Of a stretch of 64,000 bases of DNA, positions 56,601-64,000 are shown one piece after another. The stretch comes from Gemmatimonadota bacterium (lineage in GTDB: Bacteria > JBHIER01 > G020348925), in contig CP070758.1 in assembly GCA_020348925.1 (NCBI GenBank), positions 1,072,469 through 1,136,468 on the forward strand, given 5' to 3'. The notes below the pieces were generated by a model, which was not told the origin of the DNA, did not search any database, and saw only the letters and a program-made list of their open reading frames with translations. Positions within the stretch are counted from its first letter, which is position 1. Each line of letters opens with the position of its first letter. Both the position numbers and the translations under genes were made by a program.

Positions 56601-59045
56601 ATGCTTCATCATATGATCTCAAAGTTGGGGATAATCAGTGCAATAATGGGTCTTGTTTCTTCTGTGCTGTTGGCAGAGAATTTGACTCTGAACTTAAGCT
56701 CAAAGGATTATTCCATAGTTGAATTGGAAGATGGCCAACAGACGATCCAAATGGAAGACTTTGGGTATCTTCTGGATCCAGGGAAACCCCTGCTGCCGGC
56801 AAAAGTATTCATGATCGCTCTACCGCCTGGGGCAGAGGTGCTGAATGCAGCTATTACTGGAATGAGTCCCATCGAACTCCCTGGAACATATAGAATAGAG
56901 CCAGCTCCGCCAATCGTGCCTTCGGATAACAGAAGGGAGTTGGTGAAAAGGTTGATACGAGAATGGAAAGAAAACTATGATGCTACGTATTCATCTGATC
57001 AAATCTACCCTGAAAAAGTTGGAGAATATCTGGGACCGGGAGGCTTGAGGAAATATACCTTTGCTAAGATAAGTTTCTTCCCCTTTGCCTTTCGACCAGT
57101 ATCAGGAAAACTTGTGTACTACCCTTCTGCTATTGTATCCATAGACTATACATTACCTTTGTCAGACAACTCAAAAGCTCTTGAAGTAGGACGACTCCTT
57201 TCGGACACATTAGGAGACGATCGTGCTTCTCGGTTATTGGTCAATTTTTCTCAAGCGAGCCGTTGGTATGCTCCGGAGAAGAGAGATGAAGTTCAAAACA
57301 CAACCTATGACTATGTGATCATCACCACTCCTGAATTGGAAGATGCGGTTGAACCTTTGATGAAATGGAAACAAGGAATAGGTTTCAGTGTAAAGGTGAT
57401 CACTATTGCCTGGATTGATGAAAACTATACCGGATTTGATATGGCTGAGATGATTAGGAATTTTCTCAAGGATAAGTATCCTGCATCTGAGTGGGGAATT
57501 CAATATGTTCTTATTGTGGGAGACATAAGCGATATTCCCATGAGATACTGTTTTCCTGATCCTGATAATCATGTATTTACACCGGACGATCTTTATGATA
57601 ATGCCTATATTAGTGGAGAAGTTCCTACCGATTATTATTATGCTGATTTGACTGGAAACTGGGACTCAGATGGAGATGGATATTATGGAGAGTTTCGTCA
57701 AGATGAAGAAGTAGATTTTGTTTCTGAGGTTTGGATTGGACGAATACCGTTAAGCGATTGGTTGACTGTTAATAATATCTGTAAGAAAATTGCACTATTT
57801 GAGAGCGACGTTGGTTCTTGGAAAAACAATGCTCTACTTCTTGGTGCAATAACGTTCTATAACTTCGAAGACGGCGATCCACACTATAGCAAAACTGATG
57901 AAGCCGGTGTGATGGAAGACATGAAAACATTTTTATTAGAGGGATGGAATTGCACACGGATGTATGAAAAAGATGGATTAGATCCATCGTCATTTACATG
58001 TGAGACTCCGCTGACTCAAGACAATGTAGTATCATATTGGTCAACAAATCAATATGGTATTGTAACTTGGTCGTCGCATGGATGGGTAAATAACGCTGCT
58101 CGTGTAGTCTGGGAACAGGATAATGGAAATGGCTTTCCTGAATGGGCAGAGGATGAATTGCATGGATATCCATTTATTGAAAACGCAAATACAGCCTCAT
58201 TAGATGATGACTATCCCTCAATAGTTTTCGGCTCGGCTTGTATGAATTCATATCCTGAAGTTGACAATCTCGGTACAAGATTATTGGAAAGGGGTTCTTC
58301 AAGCATAGTGGCGGCTACCCGTGCTGTGGCAGGTCCTTTTGGTAGACAACACAAGGATGTAGGTGGGAATATCTCATGTAACTACTATTTCTTTCATTAT
58401 ATTATTAGTGAGGAGAATAAAGTTGGAGAAGCACTCTTCAACTCAAAAAACTATTACCATGACCATTTCTTATCTTCAGGTTTCTGGGACTATCAGAATC
58501 TGTACGCAAATTGTTTATACGGTGATCCGGCATTGGTTAGGGAAGGTATACCAAAAGATTCTCAATCACTCACTATTCTCAATAATTTCATGCCTCCAGC
58601 TTTTGTTGGTTTTGCGTATAGCGAGCCCCTTCTGGCTGTGGGTGGAACACCTCCGTATCACTGGAATTTGACTGATGGATCCGTGCCCGATGGAATATCG
58701 CTTGATACTCTTTCAGGGGTCATTTTAGGAACACCAACAGTTGTCGAAACGACTACCTTCACTATTGAGGTAACAGACGCCGAACACAAAACAGACTTTC
58801 AAGATTTCTCTATGACTACTTCTATTGGAAAGAAGGGCGATGTAAATGCAGACATGCAGATTAACGCTGTCGATATGCTTCAGGCAGTAAATATACTGAC
58901 AAGAAGTTACTCACCGACTCATTTTGAAATGTGGGCTGCTGATTGTAATGGTCCAGTTGGAAATTGTGACGGTGATGGAGTAATTAATGTATTAGATATT
59001 GTTAAATTTGTGAGATTTATTTTAACTTTGGAGGAATGTCCTTAA
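56601..59045 (+). CDS. Secreted C25 (gingipain-like) cysteine peptidase with propeptide, putative-Ig repeat and dockerin
   Basis: GGAGG RBS; PGKP.LP propeptide; YVIIT, YVLIVGD, TDYYY, IGRIP, SHG, SAC, YGDP; GGTPPY.W..GTPT; GDVNAD..GDGVINVLD. Confidence 0.9.
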   Translation: MLHHMISKLGIISAIMGLVSSVLLAENLTLNLSSKDYSIVELEDGQQTIQMEDFGYLLDPGKPLLPAKVFMIALPPGAEVLNAAITGMSPIELPGTYRIEPAPPIVPSDNRRELVKRLIREWKENYDATYSSDQIYPEKVGEYLGPGGLRKYTFAKISFFPFAFRPVSGKLVYYPSAIVSIDYTLPLSDNSKALEVGRLLSDTLGDDRASRLLVNFSQASRWYAPEKRDEVQNTTYDYVIITTPELEDAVEPLMKWKQGIGFSVKVITIAWIDENYTGFDMAEMIRNFLKDKYPASEWGIQYVLIVGDISDIPMRYCFPDPDNHVFTPDDLYDNAYISGEVPTDYYYADLTGNWDSDGDGYYGEFRQDEEVDFVSEVWIGRIPLSDWLTVNNICKKIALFESDVGSWKNNALLLGAITFYNFEDGDPHYSKTDEAGVMEDMKTFLLEGWNCTRMYEKDGLDPSSFTCETPLTQDNVVSYWSTNQYGIVTWSSHGWVNNAARVVWEQDNGNGFPEWAEDELHGYPFIENANTASLDDDYPSIVFGSACMNSYPEVDNLGTRLLERGSSSIVAATRAVAGPFGRQHKDVGGNISCNYYFFHYIISEENKVGEALFNSKNYYHDHFLSSGFWDYQNLYANCLYGDPALVREGIPKDSQSLTILNNFMPPAFVGFAYSEPLLAVGGTPPYHWNLTDGSVPDGISLDTLSGVILGTPTVVETTTFTIEVTDAEHKTDFQDFSMTTSIGKKGDVNADMQINAVDMLQAVNILTRSYSPTHFEMWAADCNGPVGNCDGDGVINVLDIVKFVRFILTLEECP

Positions 59046-59252
59046 ATTTTTTCTGTTATTTTTGGAGATATCTATCAACATCGTTTACATTCCGGGATTG
59101 AAGGATAACTTTGAAAAAAAGTGCTTTCTATCAATATAATGCGTATCTATCTTACCCAATATACTGTGCTGTTCTCCGTCAATACTTTATACGTGAAATG
59201 TGGATTACATATGTTATAATGAGGCTGTCTCAAATGTCTTAAATGTCCGTAT

Positions 59253-59345
59253 TTTTCCCCTTGTTTTTAAACAAGAAAATGAATAGCTTACGAATAGATC
59301 TATCTATCGCTAACTTCCTTTTAACAGGAGGTTTATAAGCAAGCC
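59253..59345 (+). promoter_or_regulatory. Kinase promoter/leader, copy 2
   Basis: TTGTTT-N17-TAGCTT; near-copy of 46471-46563. Confidence 0.7.
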
Positions 59346-61577
59346 ATGATCGGCGAAACTATCTCTCACTATAAAATACTGAAAAAACTGGGTGAAGGTG
59401 GCATGGGAGTGGTATATAAAGCTAAAGATACCAAACTTGACCGCACAGTTGCACTAAAATTTCTTCCTCCAGAACTCACCAAAGATCCTAATGCAAAGGA
59501 GCGCTTTATTCAAGAGGCAAAAACTGCTTCAGCCCTGCAACACAACAACGTCTCCACTATCCATGAAATTGATGAAACTGCTGATGGCCAAATATTCATA
59601 AGCATGGACTTCTATGAGGGAGAATCCTTACAAGAGAAGATTGAAAAAGGGTCGCTCGATATAGAAGAAGCGATTGATATTGGCACTCAGATAGCCGAGG
59701 GTCTTCATGAAGCCCATGAAAAGGGAATCGTCCATCGAGATATCAAATCTGCCAATATTATGATCACATCCAAAGGGCAGGCGAAGATCATGGACTTCGG
59801 TCTGGCCAAGTTGAGAGGGCAGAAAAAACTAACAAAAGAAGGGACGACTGTCGGGACGGTTGCCTACATGTCTCCCGAGCAAGCGCGGGGTGATGAAGTC
59901 GATCATCGGACGGATGTCTGGTCTCTTGGTGTGGTGCTCTATGAGATGTTGACGGGACATATGCCGTTCAAGGGTGATTACGACCAGGCACTAATATACT
60001 CAATATTGAATGAAGATCCAAAACCACCTTCTTTCTATCGCACAGAAATACCGCCCTACTTAGAACAGATCCTCATAAAAATGTTAGAGAAGGAGTCGAA
60101 AAATAGGTACCAGACTATGCAGGAGGTACTTGTAGAGTTAAATAAAACAGGTGTTGATTCTTCAACATCACAAGAGTGTCAAAAGTCGATAGTCGTTCTG
60201 CCCTTTAAAAATATGAGCCCTGACAAAGAAAACGAGTATTTCAGTGATGGCCTTACTGAAGAAATTATTACGGACCTTTCAAAGATACATGCACTCCGAG
60301 TTATTTCCCGTAATTCTGCAATGATGCTGAAAGGATCTCGAAAATCCACAAAAAATATCGCACGAGAGTTAAACGTTCAATACGTCTTGGAAGGGAGTGT
60401 ACGGAAAGCCGGGAATAATCTCCGAATCACTGCGCAGTTGATTGATGCAAAAGATGATACACATCTATGGGCAGACAAATATAGTGGGACGCTGGATGAT
60501 GTTTTTGTGATTCAGGAGAAAGTCTCGAACGAAATCGTTAAAGGCTTGCAGATAAAGTTGAGTCCGGAAGAAAAAAAAGAAATCGGACAACATCCTATCC
60601 AGGATATGCGTGTCATGGAGTGCTGGCTCAGGGCGAAACAGGAGATTCACCACTATACGAAAGAATCTCTTGATAGGGCTGTTTCCATGATCGAAGATGG
60701 TCTGGAAGTAGTCGGTGATAATGCTCTCCTTTACTGGGGCCTCGGATATATTAACTGGTTTTATGTCAATTTGGGAATTCATTTGGATACAAAATATTTA
60801 AATAGAGCAGAAGAATATGTCAACAGAATATTTGAATTGGACTCTAATTCCTTTTATGGATTTCAATTACAGGTTTTGATTGCTTATAAGAGAGGTGATT
60901 TTAAAAAGTCGATTGAATACACAAAGCGGGCGCTTGAACTTGAACCGACCAACCCTGAAGCTCTGGACCACATTATCTGGATGTATGCAGATGTGGGAAA
61001 AACAGAGAATTCTGCTAAATTAATTGACAGGTTATTATCTGTGGATCCTTTGACACCTCACAACCACTGGGCGGAGGGATTTACCTTGATGGTGAGCGGA
61101 CACTTAGAGGATTCAGTCAAATCTTTCCGAAAATGCTATGAATTGGAATCTGGAAATTATGTCTGGAGATGGGCGTATGCATCAGCACTTTATATGAATA
61201 AAGAGTACGATAACGCAGATGCAATAGCAGATCTTGTGGAAAAAGAGGCCTCTAATGATCTTTTGAGCAGCTTGTTATTATTCACCAAATATGCGATAAG
61301 AAGAGATAGTGATAAAGCACTGCGAATGGTTACAGATGATCATCAAGCATTTAGCGATTGGGATGAGTTGGTGGCCTGGGCACTTGCACAAGGCTATGCG
61401 CTAATTAATGAAAAAGAAAAGTCATTGAACTTTCTTGGAAAAGCGGTTAACCGTGGATTTATAAATTATCCATTTTTCTCCAGATATGATCCCTTTCTTG
61501 AGAACATCCGCGATGAGGAGAGATTCAAGAAATTGATGGAAAAAGTAAAATATGAATGGGAGCATTTTGAGATATAA
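59346..61577 (+). CDS. Ser/Thr protein kinase - TolB-like - TPR protein (no TM, cytoplasmic)
   Basis: Intact kinase motifs; SIVVLPF.NMS..EYFSDGLTEEII directly after the kinase with no hydrophobic span; TPRs; DP.L..IR..ERF. Confidence 0.93.
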   Translation: MIGETISHYKILKKLGEGGMGVVYKAKDTKLDRTVALKFLPPELTKDPNAKERFIQEAKTASALQHNNVSTIHEIDETADGQIFISMDFYEGESLQEKIEKGSLDIEEAIDIGTQIAEGLHEAHEKGIVHRDIKSANIMITSKGQAKIMDFGLAKLRGQKKLTKEGTTVGTVAYMSPEQARGDEVDHRTDVWSLGVVLYEMLTGHMPFKGDYDQALIYSILNEDPKPPSFYRTEIPPYLEQILIKMLEKESKNRYQTMQEVLVELNKTGVDSSTSQECQKSIVVLPFKNMSPDKENEYFSDGLTEEIITDLSKIHALRVISRNSAMMLKGSRKSTKNIARELNVQYVLEGSVRKAGNNLRITAQLIDAKDDTHLWADKYSGTLDDVFVIQEKVSNEIVKGLQIKLSPEEKKEIGQHPIQDMRVMECWLRAKQEIHHYTKESLDRAVSMIEDGLEVVGDNALLYWGLGYINWFYVNLGIHLDTKYLNRAEEYVNRIFELDSNSFYGFQLQVLIAYKRGDFKKSIEYTKRALELEPTNPEALDHIIWMYADVGKTENSAKLIDRLLSVDPLTPHNHWAEGFTLMVSGHLEDSVKSFRKCYELESGNYVWRWAYASALYMNKEYDNADAIADLVEKEASNDLLSSLLLFTKYAIRRDSDKALRMVTDDHQAFSDWDELVAWALAQGYALINEKEKSLNFLGKAVNRGFINYPFFSRYDPFLENIRDEERFKKLMEKVKYEWEHFEI

Positions 61578-61672
61578 TGAATGATCGATGAGACTGTAAA
61601 CTGCGCTTAAATATCTGATATGTTATGTGGTAAAGCAATTGAGGATACATCGCAATTTAATGGGAGGACAAA

Positions 61673-62215
61673 ATGATAAAATTTCTCATGATTATTCCTT
61701 TGGCTCTGATACTCTCTTTTATGATCGGCTGTCAGGACAGGGAAACAATAGCCACACTTGAAGAATTCAAAGCCAAGGCAGAGGTTGAAAAGCAGAATAA
61801 GGAGATTGTTCGTAAATGGATAGAAGAAGTCAATAAAGAAAATTTTGAACAACTGTTCAGTGAATTATGGGCTGAGGACTGTAGACAATATATGAATTCA
61901 AATCCAGAACCCATAGACAATGAACAATTTAAACAAATGATTGAACATTTCTATTCAAATTTCCCAGTCACCACACATGAAATACATGATCTCATAGCGA
62001 AGGGAGATATGGTCGTAGCAAGGTTTTCGGCACGAACAACTCATGATGTGGAGTCGTATGGGGTACCGGCTACCGGCAGGGAACTCGAGTGGAGAGCCAT
62101 ATCCATATTCCAGATATCTGACGGTAAGATACAAACAAGATGGGAAGTTGCGGATATACTAAGCATGTACGAACAACTTGGCATGGAGCTTCAAATGAAG
62201 AAAGCCAAAAAATAA
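61673..62215 (+). CDS. SnoaL-like ester cyclase family lipoprotein
   Basis: GGGAGG RBS; lipobox IGC; NKEIVR..E; FP....IHDLIA.GD.VV.R; G.PATGR; DGKI; QLG. Confidence 0.88.
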   Translation: MIKFLMIIPLALILSFMIGCQDRETIATLEEFKAKAEVEKQNKEIVRKWIEEVNKENFEQLFSELWAEDCRQYMNSNPEPIDNEQFKQMIEHFYSNFPVTTHEIHDLIAKGDMVVARFSARTTHDVESYGVPATGRELEWRAISIFQISDGKIQTRWEVADILSMYEQLGMELQMKKAKK

Positions 62216-62370
62216 AGAGTTGTTTTAGATTTGTGTACGTCACATACTTCTTTAGCCTGTATTATTCATAGAATTGGTCTGAATATAAATTAACATGCCT
62301 CTTTTATTTGACTTATGAAAGTTAATGGATTTGAACTCCGTTGGTTTATGTTTTCCAAAGAAACCCTGCA

Positions 62371-62482
62371 TGTCATTCCGGTTTTATACCGGAATCTCCT
62401 TCGTAGAGAAGAAGTTGAGCCCACCGAGGAGATTCCGGCACGGAGTTTACCCCGTATTCTTTTACGGGGGCCGGAATGACAG
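62371..62482. repeat. Inverted REP-like pair with nested palindrome
   Basis: TGTCATTCCGG..CCGGAATCTCC and GGAGATTCCGGC..GCCGGAATGACA. Confidence 0.7.
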
Positions 62483-62570
62483 CTTGTGAATAGAGCAGGT
62501 TAGAGACAAGAAATTGAAAAAAACACATAATCATGGCTGCACCCGACTGGCGAGCGGTATTGCGATTTGG

Positions 62571-62670
62571 NNNNNNNNNNNNNNNNNNNNNNNNNNNNNN
62601 NNNNNNNNNNNNNNNNNNNNNNNNNNNNNNNNNNNNNNNNNNNNNNNNNNNNNNNNNNNNNNNNNNNNNN
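62571..62670. other. Assembly gap (100 N)
   Basis: Run of N. Confidence 1.
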
Positions 62671-63007
62671 CGTCTATGATAAAAGGACCGCTGGCAAAAC
62701 TGAGTACCCCACTGGTCGTGGAGATATTCACCAGATCGTACTGCTCATAGATCTTCGGGTCCCGAATGACCCACTCCGGATAGATCCCCACATTCACCAG
62801 GGCGAACATCAACTCGTACCCATCATACACCGCATTGGCACTCATGCCCGGGTTGTTCGCCGTGACGTTGCCGCCAAAGGTCAGATCGATGATCAAATCA
62901 CCCGCACAATAATCCTTCGTCTGGGAATAGCTCATGCCAGTGACCGAGACAGTACAAACTAAAAGAAAAAATAGCAGGCATCCTATCTTCGCTGATATTT
63001 TCATCAT
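62671..63007 (-). CDS. Secreted hypothetical protein, 5' part (continues into gap)
   Basis: GAGGAG RBS; signal peptide MMKISAKIGCLLFFLLV. Confidence 0.65.
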
Positions 63008-63140
63008 ATTATCTCCTCAATTTTCGTAAAGGAAACATGTTCAAAATCGTATTCTTCAAATCACTTGTTTTTTGAGCATCTATTTTTAATGTATGACTAT
63101 TATTGAGTCAAGAAAAATTATAGTATCATCAAAGTGGCAA

Positions 63141-64000
63141 CTACTTCATGAGTATCATGCGCTTTGTTTCCGACCACCGGTCACTGTCAACGGACAACCT
63201 GTAAAGGTAAACCCCGCTGGATACCGGCTGACCGTCACGGTCCCGGCCGTCCCAGGTGACCGTGTAATATCCCGGCTCCTGTTCTCCATCAACCAGCGTC
63301 CTCACCTCCTGCCCCATGATGTTGTATATTTTCAGGGTCATGTGAACGGAAGACCTGCCATCTCCTATCTGATATCCAATATCTGTCTTGGGATTAAAGG
63401 GATTCGGATAATTCTCGGAGAGAAGACATGCCTCAGGCAGCAGGTTTTTGAGAATCAGAGAGCCGGACGTGATCCGGACCGGAAGCCGGTGCACACAATC
63501 CTCGGCCAACAGGACCTCTTCGAACCACATCAATGGCTCTGTTCGTGATCCTTGCCCATCATGCATTCGAAACGGGATCACGAATACCGGATCCCGGCCG
63601 GCAGGAACCGCCCTTCCCTCCGCACTGTACACGAGGATCACCATTTCACCCTGGGCGGCGCGTGATGCGATCGTCATTCCCTCCGTTCGATCCGTGGGCT
63701 GTGGTTCCGCGAGCATCAGGCAATCACCGTTGTACCCGAGCCGCAGCTCCATTCCCGGAACGTCCGAATCGGTTCGCAGGGCGATCGGCAAGGCGAAGGT
63801 CCGGCCCTCCGCAGGGGACACCTCGGAAAAACCGATTTCCCCAACGGACTGAGCCTTTTTCGGGGTACTGAAAACAGGCGGACATGTATTGACCATCAGG
63901 ATGACATTGGCCACACCCAAAATGTCGAGCACGTCGACCACGCCATCGATATTGCAATCGGCGGCCTGGAGCTGTTCAGGCGTGGGTTCGATCTGCTCCA
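63141..64000 (-). CDS. 3' part of a secreted protein: dockerin - cohesin-like - FlgD-Ig/T9SS-type C-terminal domain
   Basis: PTPEQLQAADCNIDGVVDVLD dockerin; L.L.Y..D....TDRT..I..G..PV..IPF cohesin-like; NYPNPFNP.T..KIYNI.GQ.V..WDGRD..G..VSSGVYLY. Confidence 0.85.
   Translation of the reverse strand, partial: EQIEPTPEQLQAADCNIDGVVDVLDILGVANVILMVNTCPPVFSTPKKAQSVGEIGFSEVSPAEGRTFALPIALRTDSDVPGMELRLGYNGDCLMLAEPQPTDRTEGMTIASRAAQGEMVILVYSAEGRAVPAGRDPVFVIPFRMHDGQGSRTEPLMWFEEVLLAEDCVHRLPVRITSGSLILKNLLPEACLLSENYPNPFNPKTDIGYQIGDGRSSVHMTLKIYNIMGQEVRTLVDGEQEPGYYTVTWDGRDRDGQPVSSGVYLYRLSVDSDRWSETKRMILMK

Noticed and set aside
46564-61577. Diversity-generating retroelement or integron as the cause of kinase variation
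   Set aside because: No reverse transcriptase, integrase, attC sites or TR/VR pair differing at adenines seen in the window

Overview
Scaffold of a probable uncultured Gram-negative bacterium. The FCB-superphylum-like assignment (e.g. KSB1/Latescibacterota type) is inferred only from the NYPNPFNP/FlgD-type C-terminal domain, the dockerin style and the kinase-TPR expansion. There are two 100-N gaps (1669-1768, 62571-62670). A housekeeping core (hisS, aspS, lipoprotein-LysM, phoH, 7TM-HD, ybeY, two CorC/CNNM genes) is flanked by accessory regions. Main observations: (1) a non-cellulolytic cohesin-dockerin set, with cohesin-bearing proteins plus three unrelated secreted peptidases (HEXXH metallo, S41, C25) that all end in a distinctive two-Cys dockerin, a candidate cellulosome-like protease complex; (2) a tandem, cassette-like array of Ser/Thr kinase-TolB-like-TPR receptors with a nonsense allele, a 17-codon kinase stub and a duplicated promoter/leader; (3) two zinc-ribbon/RG-tail paralogues sharing a promoter and a ~220-nt leader with a conserved GNRA-containing motif, one of them in an operon with rpsU and a cold-shock gene; (4) an operon with two LeuCD-like hydratases plus CitDE/CitF; (5) REP-like palindromes and short nested palindromic insertions; (6) several gene remnants. 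No rRNA, tRNA, CRISPR array or transposase was recognised. All calls come from reading motifs by eye; no database searches were run.
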